A stretch of DNA of 64,000 bases from Clostridiales bacterium (lineage in GTDB: Bacteria; Bacillota; Clostridia; Christensenellales; UBA1242): contig SVHX01000001.1 of the NCBI GenBank assembly GCA_015055665.1, positions 67,873 to 131,872 of the forward strand, given 5' to 3'. Positions 13,602-26,022 of the stretch are shown in pieces. The notes under the pieces were generated by a model, which did no database searches, was not told where the DNA came from, and saw only the letters and a list, made by a program, of their open reading frames with translations. The position numbers were made by a program, and so were the translations under genes. Positions within the stretch are counted from its first letter, which is position 1. Every line of letters begins with the position of its first letter.

Positions 13602-15785
13602 TTAGTTCGTCCTATAAACTTCGAGTGCAATATTGAGTTGTTTAATTTTAACAATCAATGCGTCCAGATCAGCTTTGTCTTTGATGTTAAGATGGATGGT
13701 AACTACAACCTTGTTGTCTTCAATCTTCTTGGCAAGTAGACCAACCATATTAATCTTCTCATCATTAAGCTTCTTGGTAATGACAGATACTAGTCCTGGG
13801 GTATCTGTTGCGATAATAGTGATAGAGCCAACAAAATTCTTATTGGATGTTGTGTTCCAAGAACACTCGATTAGTCTTTCGAATTCGTAGTTCTTGAGAG
13901 CTTCGCAATCTCTTCTGTGTATTGTTACACCATTGCCCCTAGAAATGTATCCTATAATATCATCTCCTGGCAATGGACTACAACATTTTGCAAGCTTAGT
14001 AAGTAGATTCGAGAACCCTTTGACTTCGATATCACCTTCATTTTTGATATTATTAAGTTGATATTCTTTGTTAGGTGCAAATAATTCTTTATTATCGGCT
14101 TTATATAGGGCATTTAGCTTATTAAGTACTTGACCTGCTGTAATAGATCCAAAGCCAAGGGAGGCGTACATATCATCAATTCCTTGAAAGCTGTACTTCT
14201 CGTATAACTCTTCAAGATACTCGTTAACAAGGAGTTTAGATAAATTAAGTGCTTTCGTTTTTGCGTAATTCTCAAGAATTGCCTTGCCTTTCTTGATGTT
14301 TTCTTCCTTCATAGCTTTCTTAAAGAAAGTATTAATCTTTGACTTGGCGGAACTGGTTTTTGCTAATTTTAACCAATCTCTCGAAGGCCCATTGGAATTA
14401 GGATTGGTAATGATTTCTATAATATCGCCATTATTCATTGGTGTTGATAACGGAACCATCCTATCGTTAATTTTTGCACCAACGCAAGTATTACCAATAT
14501 TACTATGTATTGCATAAGCAAAATCAATTGGTGTAGCACCTTCTGGGAATTCTATAATCTTGCCTTGTGGAGATTGTACGAATATCTTACCGCTATAAAC
14601 GTCAGTATTCATAATCTCAAGTAGTTCGTCATTACTCTTCTCTTTATGAAGATCCATGATGGAACGGATGTAATTAATCTTAACACCACTTTCGTCAACT
14701 TTCTTCTTCTCTTTGTATGCCCAGTGAGCAGCAAATCCATATTCTGCATAAGTGTGCATATCGAAAGTTCTTATCTGGACTTCAACCGGGTCGCCGTTAT
14801 CTAGAACGATTGCTGTATGAAGAGATTGGTATCCATTTTCTTTAGGGTTAGCAATGTAGTCTTTGAAATTTCCAAGAGGCTTAAAGGTTGTAAAGACTTT
14901 GCCAAGAGCCGCATAACACTCTTCTACCCTATCAACTAAAATTCTAACTGCAAGAATATCCATTATCTGATTTAATTTGTTTTCATTGAAAGATACGTTG
15001 TCTGCAACATCATGCAAATAATTGTTACGTCCATAAATATCAGTAATAGTACTAACTGCCATATTTTTGCTTTGAAGTTTCTTAGCAATACTGAAGAGTT
15101 GCTTTTGTCTACCGTATACAACAGCATTAGGACATATCTGCACTAGCTCAGTTTTTAGTCTAGAGATTACTTCCTGAATATTATTATTTCTTTCTTCCAT
15201 AAATGTATTAAGTGCCTCTGATAGTTCCTTATACATTGCAGGTTTGTAATATTTGAAAGTAGCATTCCCAAAGTTGTTTTTTATGGTATTAAGTCCTAAC
15301 ATCTGGCATAACGGAAAGTATACATCTGACACAGATTTCATATAGTTTTCGACAAGTTCTTCAGACATATTGTCAATAAAGTCGAGTTTAGACTCTTCAA
15401 TGCAGAGTTTAATAATGATAACACGAATATCCTTTGCAAGAGCAATAAACATATTTTTTATATTGTCTAACTGTTCTTGATGGGTTGTCAAATTAAGGTT
15501 GTCAATTTTTGCAATACGATTAAATATCCCCTTAATCTCTTCATCAAAAATATCTAAGTCAACTATGCTTGGCTCTATTCTAAAGATTGGATACATTAGC
15601 CCAACGACGATTGATTTGTAGTCGAGCCTATTATCAAGAATAGCCTCTGCTATTTTAACTGCAAATCTTTGAGATTCAAGATCGTTGCCTTTGTATTTAT
15701 CCTTCATTAGATTATAAGTATTCCTAACATATTCATAATCTTTTTGTGCCAAAACATTGCCAATCTTTTCAAAAAATTTTTCCAT
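13602..15785 (-). CDS. relA: RelA/SpoT-homolog (p)ppGpp synthetase with a degenerate hydrolase domain
   Basis: Synthetase motifs are present: GRQKQLFSIAKK, ILAVRILV, KDYIANPKENGYQSLHT, EVQIRTFDMHTYAEYGFAAHWAYKE. TGS and ACT-like C-terminal regions are present. The N-terminal ~190 aa lack the HD, ED and RLHN hydrolase residues. Confidence 0.9.
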   Translation of the reverse strand: MEKFFEKIGNVLAQKDYEYVRNTYNLMKDKYKGNDLESQRFAVKIAEAILDNRLDYKSIVVGLMYPIFRIEPSIVDLDIFDEEIKGIFNRIAKIDNLNLTTHQEQLDNIKNMFIALAKDIRVIIIKLCIEESKLDFIDNMSEELVENYMKSVSDVYFPLCQMLGLNTIKNNFGNATFKYYKPAMYKELSEALNTFMEERNNNIQEVISRLKTELVQICPNAVVYGRQKQLFSIAKKLQSKNMAVSTITDIYGRNNYLHDVADNVSFNENKLNQIMDILAVRILVDRVEECYAALGKVFTTFKPLGNFKDYIANPKENGYQSLHTAIVLDNGDPVEVQIRTFDMHTYAEYGFAAHWAYKEKKKVDESGVKINYIRSIMDLHKEKSNDELLEIMNTDVYSGKIFVQSPQGKIIEFPEGATPIDFAYAIHSNIGNTCVGAKINDRMVPLSTPMNNGDIIEIITNPNSNGPSRDWLKLAKTSSAKSKINTFFKKAMKEENIKKGKAILENYAKTKALNLSKLLVNEYLEELYEKYSFQGIDDMYASLGFGSITAGQVLNKLNALYKADNKELFAPNKEYQLNNIKNEGDIEVKGFSNLLTKLAKCCSPLPGDDIIGYISRGNGVTIHRRDCEALKNYEFERLIECSWNTTSNKNFVGSITIIATDTPGLVSVITKKLNDEKINMVGLLAKKIEDNKVVVTIHLNIKDKADLDALIVKIKQLNIALEVYRTN

Positions 15786-15797
15786 TATTATCTCCTA

Positions 15798-18173
15798 CTA
15801 TAGATTTAAGAATTTCTTAATAAAATAATATATACTAGAATTTTCTAATTTGCTCTTAATATCTGTTTCTACAATTGTGCCGTCTTCGAATTTAAGAATA
15901 CCTAGTTCTTCCATTGTAAGCATAAAGAATACGAACTGATTGTATTTGATATTCTTATCAAAGTGATTTGTTCTACGCAAATAATTAAAGTAAGTAATTA
16001 GATCTGGTGCTGGATTGGTAACAAGCTTAGATTTAATTGAATTATGAATCTTTGCAAAAGTATTTCTTGATACATCAAGGTTGTTAAACAATCCAATATT
16101 TATCTTATTGTCTACACAATACACATGATTGAATTTGGTACATAGACTCGAAATGTAGCCTTGACAAAGATAACTATCCATAACAAAGATATTCTGGTAA
16201 TCTTTGTAACTTACATCACTATGTGGTGCAAAAATTATAACATTTTCGCCACAAGCATTGTTTATATCAAATAACTCATAATTAGTAACATTAGGAATAG
16301 CTTTAACCACATCAAAATATGTATCCATATTATTAACGATAATAGCTGTGCCAAATCTACTCTTAGTGGTCATCTTATTAATACGACTAAGTGCCTCAGT
16401 ATACGAAATTACTTTAGAATTATCATAATCATTTCGACAATTGATGTATTTAAGCTGAGTAAGGTAATTAGCAGATATAATTTCACTCTTTGTAGCAGTA
16501 TTTAGCTTAGAGTAATTAACGTGACGAATAAAGCCCGATACTTTTTGTTTATTGTCGCCTTTCTCAAATGCAAGCTCTGCAATAACCTCTTTGTTACAAT
16601 TTACATTTAAATTATAATAGTAATCGCCTTTGCCAAATCCAATAAGGCTTATATTGTTTTGCTTAATTCTAAGGTGTTGATGATGATTAATCATACGTGT
16701 TGCATTGTTGTCTGTAATATTGACTCTAAATAGTGGCTTTTCGTTCTTGAATCCACAAGGCTCAAATATTTGAAGGTCTTTCACAAATTCTGGTGTGAGG
16801 TCAATATCTGAGATGTCAACATCATAATATTTACGCGAAACCATCTCGTCTTCATTAGTATTATTTAATACAAAATCGTTAATTCTTGTGCGGAATTCTT
16901 TAAGATATTTGCGTTCAATAGAGAGTCCACCTGCTTGATTGTGACCACCAAATCTAATCAAAATATCGCTAACACTTGTAAGTGCGTCAAATATATTGAC
17001 GCCTGGTATGCTACGGCAACTACCTTTAAATTCATTATCGACTAAACTTAACAAACAGACGGGTTTGTTATACTTTTCGACAAGTTTAGAGCAGATAATG
17101 CCAAGAACTCCACTTTCCCAGTCTTCCTTATAAAGAACTATCATACCTAATCTGGATACATTTGTATCTTCAAGCATTTGGCACGCAGACTCAAAAATTT
17201 CGTTAGTCTTAGTTACTCTTAGGTCGTTGAGAGCTATTAACTCATCCAAATTTTTCTGAAGTATAGCATCATCATTTTCGACATATAGTCTAAACGAAAT
17301 TATCGCATCTCCCATCCTTCCGGTTGCGTTAATCTTAGGTGCTATTTTAAAAGATATATCTGTGCTAGATAGAGGCAAAGGTATTTTGAGATATTTGCAT
17401 AACATCTTGATACCTTTGGGCAATTGTTCCTTCTGTTGTTCAAGTCCAAGCTTGACAATAGCTCTATTCTCATCTACTAGAGGTACAATATCTGCGACTG
17501 TTGCAAGCGTCGCTATTGCAACATAATTAAGAGCCTCGGTTATTCCACCTAATGCTTGAATAAGTTTCAACGCTACGCCTGCTCCGCATAATTCCTTGAA
17601 AGGATAAATTTGATCAGGAAGCTTAGGATTAATAATTAAAGTATCCGGCGTAACGCTTGGTATGTCATGATGGTCTGTAACAATAATATCAATTCCAATA
17701 TCTTTGCAGTACTTAATTTCGTCGACGCAAGTGATTCCGCAGTCAACTGTTATAATAAGATCTGGTTTATATAGATTATTAACCTTGTTAATCGTATCAA
17801 TTGTTAACCCATATCCATCAACAAATCTATTAGGGAGAAAGACGTCTGTACTAATCCCCTGCTTTTCGAAATACTTATATAATATAGCAGCAGCACTAAT
17901 GCCATCAGTGTCATAGTCTCCCATGATCAGAATATGCTTGTTATTATTGATATAGTAGTTAATCTTGTCAACGACCTCTTGCATATTCTTTAACATAAAT
18001 GGATTATAAAGCTGTGTTTCGCCAGCGTTAACAAATTTGTTAATCTCGTCATCAGTTGTGTATCCACGTGCAAAAAGTAATCTAACAACATCTTTATGTA
18101 TGTTAAATTTGCTTGATAATCGGTCAATATCAGCGTTATTAAATTGCTGTGTTTGTTTCTTAATAAATTCCAT
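15798..18173 (-). CDS. recJ: single-stranded-DNA-specific exonuclease RecJ
   Basis: DHH motifs are present: IMGDYDTDGISAAAIL, ITVDCGI, IVTDHHD. The DHHA1 motif GGHNQAGG is also present. 791 aa. Confidence 0.93.
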   Translation of the reverse strand: MEFIKKQTQQFNNADIDRLSSKFNIHKDVVRLLFARGYTTDDEINKFVNAGETQLYNPFMLKNMQEVVDKINYYINNNKHILIMGDYDTDGISAAAILYKYFEKQGISTDVFLPNRFVDGYGLTIDTINKVNNLYKPDLIITVDCGITCVDEIKYCKDIGIDIIVTDHHDIPSVTPDTLIINPKLPDQIYPFKELCGAGVALKLIQALGGITEALNYVAIATLATVADIVPLVDENRAIVKLGLEQQKEQLPKGIKMLCKYLKIPLPLSSTDISFKIAPKINATGRMGDAIISFRLYVENDDAILQKNLDELIALNDLRVTKTNEIFESACQMLEDTNVSRLGMIVLYKEDWESGVLGIICSKLVEKYNKPVCLLSLVDNEFKGSCRSIPGVNIFDALTSVSDILIRFGGHNQAGGLSIERKYLKEFRTRINDFVLNNTNEDEMVSRKYYDVDISDIDLTPEFVKDLQIFEPCGFKNEKPLFRVNITDNNATRMINHHQHLRIKQNNISLIGFGKGDYYYNLNVNCNKEVIAELAFEKGDNKQKVSGFIRHVNYSKLNTATKSEIISANYLTQLKYINCRNDYDNSKVISYTEALSRINKMTTKSRFGTAIIVNNMDTYFDVVKAIPNVTNYELFDINNACGENVIIFAPHSDVSYKDYQNIFVMDSYLCQGYISSLCTKFNHVYCVDNKINIGLFNNLDVSRNTFAKIHNSIKSKLVTNPAPDLITYFNYLRRTNHFDKNIKYNQFVFFMLTMEELGILKFEDGTIVETDIKSKLENSSIYYFIKKFLNL

Positions 18174-18180
18174 AATTTAG

Positions 18181-18214
18181 AAAATAAGCCCCTATAAAAG
18201 TATTATAAGGGCTT
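18181..18214 (-). terminator. hairpin / weak terminator after secF
   Basis: Minus strand reads AAGCCCTTATAA-5 nt-TTATAGGGGCTT (one mismatch) followed by ATTTTCT. It abuts the recJ start. Confidence 0.4.
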
Positions 18215-18227
18215 TGAAAATATTAAA

Positions 18228-19256
18228 TTAGACAACAACTTTGTCATCTGGCTTTTGGCCAGCTTTGCGTTGTTCTTCCTTGATCTTAGCTTGCTCAATT
18301 CTACGCTTAAGAACTGTGTCTTTATCTCTCTTATAGGTCAAAGCCCAGAAAGATGTATTAACATATAGACTAGCCAAATATGCTATAATCAGTCCCACAA
18401 TAATTGCAAGTCCTAGATAAATTAAGCTTGCGCCACCAAAGAACATTACTATCATTATTGCAACAACGATAAACAAAGATACAATGCCAAGAGGTAACAA
18501 GAATCGCTTAGTAGTTTCTGCAACTCTTTCGCTATTAGTTACTTTATCATATTTTTCGTTGCTTAAAGTGTTTTTGATATAGTTATTCATGATAGTGCTA
18601 TAGATAACTGTAGTTAGTATCATTACAACGAAAGGAACTACAAAATAAGTATTAAGTGGTATACGGAAACAGATTATTGCAGCAAGCAATGTAACAACCT
18701 CGATTGCAAGGGTTGATATTAAACTACAACCTGCCATTAAGTTGAATCTAATCCACATATAAGCAAATACGAATAGTAAAATGCAAGCAAATGTAAGTAC
18801 AGATAACCATATCATCTTGGTTACATTTTTTGGTAATGAAAAACCTGTATCACTAGTCGATACCACAACATCACTCTCAATCGATTCTACACTTGAAATC
18901 AAAGTTTCTTCGATTGTAGCCTTGATACTTTCGATCTTGTCATCAAGTTTATCACAATCATTGGCGATACGTACAAAAACGCCATTTTGAGCACCTTTAC
19001 CGACTCTCTCGAGTCTATAATCAGATATATCATTATCGCTAATAATCTTATCAATTCCTTGCTCTAATGTCTTGTAATCAGACTCTGTTACAGTAGTATT
19101 AAATTTAACTGTAAAGTTAGAAATCTTCCTAAAGTCATAATCAAGATTAAAGTTAAATATTGCACCAATTATAATTGATACAAGTACCAATACAATTGGA
19201 ACAAGCATGAGATATTTGAATATAGATACATAGTTATTTGATTTAGTTGACTTCAT
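18228..19256 (-). CDS. secF: protein translocase subunit SecF (diverged)
   Basis: 342 aa with an N-terminal TM, a periplasmic-type domain and a C-terminal 5-TM bundle (RFNLMAG..). It overlaps and follows secD. Confidence 0.6.
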   Translation of the reverse strand: MKSTKSNNYVSIFKYLMLVPIVLVLVSIIIGAIFNFNLDYDFRKISNFTVKFNTTVTESDYKTLEQGIDKIISDNDISDYRLERVGKGAQNGVFVRIANDCDKLDDKIESIKATIEETLISSVESIESDVVVSTSDTGFSLPKNVTKMIWLSVLTFACILLFVFAYMWIRFNLMAGCSLISTLAIEVVTLLAAIICFRIPLNTYFVVPFVVMILTTVIYSTIMNNYIKNTLSNEKYDKVTNSERVAETTKRFLLPLGIVSLFIVVAIMIVMFFGGASLIYLGLAIIVGLIIAYLASLYVNTSFWALTYKRDKDTVLKRRIEQAKIKEEQRKAGQKPDDKVVV

Positions 19257-20529
19257 CTATCTCGACCTCCCTCTTGAAATTAACCTTTTGGATATTCTTT
19301 GTGTTAAATGCAGTATAATTAACTGCAAGAACTTTGTTTAGGAACATAGATGTAAATGCAGTACCAGGAATAGTCATAAGAAGGTTATATGCAAATGCAT
19401 CAATTAGATTACTAGGAATAATTAGAGTAATTGCAACGACACCACTTGTGATTAGTAATATATCTAATATATTAAATAACGCACCCCTGTATCCAGACGA
19501 GAACGAAACTGTAAACTTCTTACCCATTGCGAATTCTCTACGAATAACATTTAGATAATAGATATGAAGTCCCCAGTTAAGCATTGTTCCAACAAGGAAA
19601 CCTAACCATCCACCAAAGGATACTTGAAGATCAACAATAGCAGAAATAAGTACAGTTACACATAGACCAAATAACATAGAAAGCATAGAAACTAAGCCTA
19701 ATTGTTTAAATAAAATGTATGCAATAATGGCACTTATAACAATAACTGCAATAGTCACAATTGTAATTACAAGTCTAGTATTAGTTCCAAAAACTCCTTG
19801 GATATCAATAGCCTCGACATCACTGGACATATTAACGCCAATTGTAGCACTCATAATCTTGTCGGCATACATCTTACCAGACCTTTTATCTTTGATACTA
19901 GAACCCGAAATAAATGTGTATCCATAGGTATTCTCTTCGGTTACAGTAGTCTGAGAGAAAGCATTGTCGTAGTCCTTGTCCATATAGATATACATTGTTT
20001 GACCTTCGCTAGCACTAACAGTCTTAGTAAGTTCGCGGAATTTCTCCTTGCCTTCTTTGGTAAACTCAATATAAACTCCATGAGTTGTACCGTTAACAGT
20101 GTACTCAGCTTTCTCGATATCAGCACCTGTTACCAAGGCTTCTGCATCTTCTCCAGAAGCTGCCTTCATTTCGATAAATCCTACAGTTAAGTTAGAACTA
20201 ATTGCAGTATCAGGAACTTCGATAGTAACCTGATTATCACCGCTTAAATAAACTTTGGCATCTGAGTAGTATTTGTCTAGCAATTTCTGAACGCGGTTAA
20301 CCGCATCGATATGAGCTTTGCTGTCTTCTCCTTTGTACCAATCAGCTACTTCAAGATCGTAAGTGTTCTTAACTCCACCACCAAACTCAAGTCCTAGGTG
20401 AAGATTAGCTAGTCCTACAAAATCATATGTAGTACCCGGAACTGGGAACGATACAAATGTAAGGACAAGAACAGCTACAACGAAAAGACTAACTAGCACG
20501 TAATTCCTAATAGCTCTTTTTTTCTTCAT
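19243..20529 (-). CDS. secD: protein translocase subunit SecD (diverged)
   Basis: Contains LGLEFGGG near the N-terminus and a C-terminal 6-TM region ending ..NILDILLITSGVVAITL. Positioned upstream of secF. Confidence 0.7.
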   Translation of the reverse strand: MKKKRAIRNYVLVSLFVVAVLVLTFVSFPVPGTTYDFVGLANLHLGLEFGGGVKNTYDLEVADWYKGEDSKAHIDAVNRVQKLLDKYYSDAKVYLSGDNQVTIEVPDTAISSNLTVGFIEMKAASGEDAEALVTGADIEKAEYTVNGTTHGVYIEFTKEGKEKFRELTKTVSASEGQTMYIYMDKDYDNAFSQTTVTEENTYGYTFISGSSIKDKRSGKMYADKIMSATIGVNMSSDVEAIDIQGVFGTNTRLVITIVTIAVIVISAIIAYILFKQLGLVSMLSMLFGLCVTVLISAIVDLQVSFGGWLGFLVGTMLNWGLHIYYLNVIRREFAMGKKFTVSFSSGYRGALFNILDILLITSGVVAITLIIPSNLIDAFAYNLLMTIPGTAFTSMFLNKVLAVNYTAFNTKNIQKVNFKREVEIDEVN

Positions 20530-20703
20530 TATGTCACTCCAAATAAGTTATTTTTGCAAGTTCTGCTTGCCAATATACAAAGTATATTAAATATCCTTTG
20601 TAAACATCTACAAAACAATTATTGACAGATATTAATTAATAAAGCCCTTAAAAAATATAAATTAACAGCCGACAATAGATGCATTGTATAATTTTACTCA
20701 ATT

Positions 20704-20732
20704 ATTATACAATAATAGCCTAATGTAGTCAA
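20704..20732 (-). promoter_or_regulatory. sigma-A-type promoter upstream of secD (leader ~170 nt)
   Basis: TTGACT-17 nt-TATAAT on the minus strand. Confidence 0.45.
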
Positions 20733-20777
20733 TTGTTTTGATTAATGTTTATCTATATTTTAATTGATTTTTTCAAT

Positions 20778-20810
20778 AAAAAAAGATTCTGCTATATGAA
20801 AAACAGAATC
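20778..20810 (-). terminator. rho-independent terminator after the YrzE-like gene
   Basis: GATTCTG-12 nt-CAGAATC followed by TTTTTTT on the minus strand. Confidence 0.55.
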
Positions 20811-20819
20811 AATATTGTG

Positions 20820-21215
20820 CTATTTTATTATATGTACAGATATTAGTCCTATAATACCACCCATAATTGCGGTAAGGATAATATCTAATAGATTGTTTAT
20901 TCCAAAAGTTAATCCACCCTGCAAAATTCCAAAAATCAAGTAACTTATAGCGTAATAAAGTAAGCCAACAATGAGTCCATTAACAAGTCCTTTTGACTTA
21001 GCTTTTTTGACAACGAGTAATATTCCAACAAACAAACTAATTATCTTAATTAATTGGTTTACTGGGAAAATTGCCGCATCTGGCACATTAAAGAATCTTA
21101 TAATAACAGCAAATAACAAAATAAGGACTAATGTAATAGCAATCGAACATAATACTCCGCCGGTAATCGCTAATACATTAGATCTTTTACTCTTATCAAC
21201 TCCACTTTCCAACAT
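20820..21215 (-). CDS. small 4-TM membrane protein (YrzE/TIGR04086-like)
   Basis: I trimmed the start to ATG 21215 (MLESGVDK). Four hydrophobic helices. Its position between yajC and secD matches yrzE in B. subtilis as I recall. Confidence 0.45.
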   Translation of the reverse strand: MLESGVDKSKRSNVLAITGGVLCSIAITLVLILLFAVIIRFFNVPDAAIFPVNQLIKIISLFVGILLVVKKAKSKGLVNGLIVGLLYYAISYLIFGILQGGLTFGINNLLDIILTAIMGGIIGLISVHIIK

Positions 21216-21301
21216 ACACCCTCGCAAATTTTATATACTTTACTACATAAATATATGATATTAATCAAAGCAATATGACGTATGTAAGAATAGTTTATAA
21301 T

Positions 21302-21336
21302 AAAAAATCCCTAATAGAATATTATCCTAATAGGGA
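21302..21336 (-). terminator. rho-independent terminator after yajC
   Basis: TCCCTATTAG-9 nt-CTATTAGGGA (one mismatch) followed by T6 on the minus strand. Confidence 0.45.
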
Positions 21337-21349
21337 AACAAATAATTAA

Positions 21350-21811
21350 TTATTTAGTTGATTTCTTTGAACTGGATTTTTTAGTAGATTTAGGAGCAGT
21401 TTCTTCTGCAGGCGTTTCTTCTACAACTTCCTCTTCCACTTCTTCTACAGATTCGGCTACTTCTTCAACAATTTCATCTTCGTATACAACAGGTTTCTTA
21501 TTATCAATACCCATAATTGCATTAATATGGATTGTCATTGTGCAGGCTGTTTTGCTAGATCCTGTCTTAATAGTAACAATCTTACCATCAGTTGTTTCCT
21601 CAACTGATTCAACTACACCATACACTCCGGCAGTAGTAACAATTTTAGTTCCTTTCTTAATTGAGCTAGTTAGTTCGTTACGATTATTAATTTCCTTCCT
21701 CTGTTTAAGAAATGTTGTGATAATAAAGAACGCACAGAAAGCAACAAGAACAAGTAGCATCCAATTCTGACCCAACCAAGTCAATAATGAAAATTCTAAT
21801 AAATTATTCAT
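21350..21811 (-). CDS. yajC: preprotein translocase subunit YajC with an acidic/Lys-Ser-rich C-terminal extension
   Basis: I trimmed the start to ATG 21811 (GGAGG 5 nt upstream). Single TM followed by KKGTKIVTTAGVYGVVESV, then ~60 aa of E/V/K/S low-complexity sequence. Confidence 0.8.
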   Translation of the reverse strand: MNNLLEFSLLTWLGQNWMLLVLVAFCAFFIITTFLKQRKEINNRNELTSSIKKGTKIVTTAGVYGVVESVEETTDGKIVTIKTGSSKTACTMTIHINAIMGIDNKKPVVYEDEIVEEVAESVEEVEEEVVEETPAEETAPKSTKKSSSKKSTK

Positions 21812-21940
21812 ATAATCCTCCGATAATGTTGACATCAAAGTCAATCATTTATTAATATTTAACTTAAGTATTATAACAAACATCAATAAATTCTCAAAAA
21901 CATTTAGCATGATAATTGCAAATATTTTGTTAAATTTTGG

Positions 21941-23297
<1,357 letters not shown>

Positions 23298-23309
23298 TAA
23301 TCAATACTC

Positions 23310-24356
23310 CTATATCAAGAGGGTTGCATCTCCAAAGCTAAAGAATCTATATCTATCTTCTACCGCAATTTTGTACATATTCATAGTTTTGTCGTATCCA
23401 AGAAAAGCAGATACTAACATTATAAGGGTACTTTCTGGAAGGTGGAAGTTAGTAATCAACCCGTCAACAACCTTAAACTTGTATCCAGGATATATAAATA
23501 TCTTTGTTTCCTTCTGACAAGGCACAATTACCCCGTTATCGTCACACGAACTTTCAAGTACTCTTACACTTGTAGTTCCAACCGCAATAATTCTTCTGCC
23601 TTGCGACTTTGCCTCGTTAAGTAATCTTGCGTTTTCTTCGGACATCTCAATATATTCGCTATGCATATCGTGATCAAGGATATTATCTTCGTCAACAGGT
23701 CTAAATGTTCCAAGTCCTACGTGCAACAATACCTCAATAATCGTCACACCTTTCGCCTTAATTCTGTCAAGTAGCTCAGGAGTAAAATGCAACCCTGCTG
23801 TAGGAGCAGCACTACTACCTGATACCTTATTATAAACAGTCTGATACCTACTTGGATCTTTGTATTGCTTCTTAATATAAGGAGGTAGAGGCATTACGCC
23901 GACCCCAGCTATTACATCCTCAAAAACTCCTTCATAATGGAATTTAATGATCTTTCCGCCAAAGTCTGTGTCAGATACAATTTCGCCTTTTAGTTTGTCC
24001 GAATAGACAATCTCTGTTCCTACTTTAAGTCTTTTACCTGGTTTTGCAAGACACTCCCAAGTATTAATATCAATTCTCTTAAGCAATAATGTTTCGATAT
24101 TAGCTCCAGTTGATTTCTTGCCATATAGTCTAGCTGGTAGAACTTTGGTATTATTAACGACAAGAACATCACCCGCATTAAAATACTCAACAATATCACT
24201 AAATACTCTATGATCAATGGCTCCCGAGTCTTTATGACACACAAGAAGCCTAGAACTATCCCTAGGCTCTGCAGGAGTCTGCGCTATTAATTCTTCCGGC
24301 AAGTCATAATAATATGCCTTAGTTGTAAGTAAATCTATATTTTTTTCGTTATTCAT
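23310..24356 (-). CDS. queA: S-adenosylmethionine:tRNA ribosyltransferase-isomerase
   Basis: Contains [32 protein letters not shown] and FFSFGDA. Confidence 0.95.
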   Translation of the reverse strand: MNNEKNIDLLTTKAYYYDLPEELIAQTPAEPRDSSRLLVCHKDSGAIDHRVFSDIVEYFNAGDVLVVNNTKVLPARLYGKKSTGANIETLLLKRIDINTWECLAKPGKRLKVGTEIVYSDKLKGEIVSDTDFGGKIIKFHYEGVFEDVIAGVGVMPLPPYIKKQYKDPSRYQTVYNKVSGSSAAPTAGLHFTPELLDRIKAKGVTIIEVLLHVGLGTFRPVDEDNILDHDMHSEYIEMSEENARLLNEAKSQGRRIIAVGTTSVRVLESSCDDNGVIVPCQKETKIFIYPGYKFKVVDGLITNFHLPESTLIMLVSAFLGYDKTMNMYKIAVEDRYRFFSFGDATLLI

Positions 24357-25398
24357 CTTCTTCGCTTTCTATAAACATTTTTAAATATTCTTGGTTTTTA
24401 GCAGATAATTTCTTGCCAAGGTGCTTATAAGCATTAGGAAGAGCTATTCTTCCCCTTGGAGTACGAGCAACAAATCCTAATTGTAATAGATATGGCTCAT
24501 ATACATCTTCGATAGTGTTGGCATCTTCGCCAGTAGCAGCAGATAGAGTATTAAGTCCCACTGGCCCGCCGTGAAATTTATCAATAATTGTATTAAGGAC
24601 TACCCTATCAGTGTAATCTAGTCCAAGATCATCAACTTCAAGAATCTCAAGTGCTTGTTTGCATATACCAATTGTTATTCTATCACTACCTTCGACCTCT
24701 GCAAAATCTCTAATACGTCTAAGTAATCTATTGGCAAGCCTAGGAGTCCCTCTACTACGTTTAGCAAGCTCCATACACGCATCAGGATCAATTGGAGTTC
24801 CTAGTATACTTGCACTTCGTGTAATAATCCTTCCTAGTTCTTCAGGAGTGTACATCTCTAGCCTACACACAACACCAAATCTATCTCTTAGCGGGCCAGT
24901 TAGCATACCGGCTTTGGTTGTAGCTCCTATTAAGGTAAATGGTTCAACATTAATACGCATTGTTCTAGCTCCTGGGCCTTTGCCTAGGATTATATCAAGA
25001 GCAAAGTCTTCCATAGCCGGATACAATACTTCTTCAACAGACCTACTAAGCCTGTGAATTTCATCAATAAAGAGCACTTCGTTGCGTTGCATATTACTAA
25101 GAATACTAGCAAGGTCAGCAACCTTCTCGATTGCAGGACCACTTGTAATTTTGATATTAGTGCCAAGCTCGTTAGCAATGATATGCGATAGAGTTGTTTT
25201 CCCTAGTCCTGGAGGCCCATATAGGAGCACATGGTCTAGAGCATCACCTCTATTCTTGGCAGCCTTGATGTAAATGTTAAGATTTTTCTTGATTTTCTCT
25301 TGTCCAACATAATCATCCATTGTAGTTGGACGAAGAGTATTCTCAACCTCAGTTTCTGTAAGGTTTCTTGTTGATGTTATAAATCTTTCGTCTTCCAT
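24349..25398 (-). CDS. ruvB: Holliday junction branch migration helicase RuvB
   Basis: Walker [10 protein letters not shown] and the FIDEIHRL motif. Confidence 0.97.
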   Translation of the reverse strand: MEDERFITSTRNLTETEVENTLRPTTMDDYVGQEKIKKNLNIYIKAAKNRGDALDHVLLYGPPGLGKTTLSHIIANELGTNIKITSGPAIEKVADLASILSNMQRNEVLFIDEIHRLSRSVEEVLYPAMEDFALDIILGKGPGARTMRINVEPFTLIGATTKAGMLTGPLRDRFGVVCRLEMYTPEELGRIITRSASILGTPIDPDACMELAKRSRGTPRLANRLLRRIRDFAEVEGSDRITIGICKQALEILEVDDLGLDYTDRVVLNTIIDKFHGGPVGLNTLSAATGEDANTIEDVYEPYLLQLGFVARTPRGRIALPNAYKHLGKKLSAKNQEYLKMFIESEEDE

Positions 25399-25406
25399 AA
25401 ATACCC

Positions 25407-26000
25407 TTATTTGTTCATATTTTTAAGACTTTTCTTGATTATATCCTCTGCCTTATCGTTTGGCTCGGATACAGATTTGACAATATCAGTTGCTTGCATC
25501 CTGCTAAGCCCCATAGCTATTAATGTTTCGATAGCCTCGTTGCAAGCACTAGAAACAGTAGAACCAGTCTTTGCAGTAGCAAACATTGTTATCTGCAAGT
25601 CATCTAAGCTATTCTTAAGCTCGACAACAAGTCTTTCGGCAGTCTTTTTGCCAAGACCTTTGACAGATGATAATAACTTAATATTCTCACTAACGATTGC
25701 ATCAACAAGATTAGCAACAGGCATTGCAGATAGTATTGCAATAGCCATCTTACCACCAATGCCACTAACATTAATTAGTTTAAGGAAGGCAGACTTCTCT
25801 TCCAAGCTAGCAAATCCAAATAGTGTTATAGCATCTTCTCTAACTGCCATATAGGTATGCAACTTAGCAAGTTGACCAACCTCAGGTAGTTCGAATATAG
25901 TGGTTTCGCTAACATTAACTTCGAATCCAACGCCATTACAACTGATTACAGCAATATTATTTCCTTTCTCAACAAGTTCACCTGTTAAAAACGATAACAT
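25407..26000 (-). CDS. ruvA: Holliday junction DNA helicase RuvA
   Basis: 197 aa with HhH motifs ([17 protein letters not shown]). Confidence 0.93.
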   Translation of the reverse strand: MLSFLTGELVEKGNNIAVISCNGVGFEVNVSETTIFELPEVGQLAKLHTYMAVREDAITLFGFASLEEKSAFLKLINVSGIGGKMAIAILSAMPVANLVDAIVSENIKLLSSVKGLGKKTAERLVVELKNSLDDLQITMFATAKTGSTVSSACNEAIETLIAMGLSRMQATDIVKSVSEPNDKAEDIIKKSLKNMNK

Positions 26001-26022
26001 ATATCTCTCCTAATTAACAACA

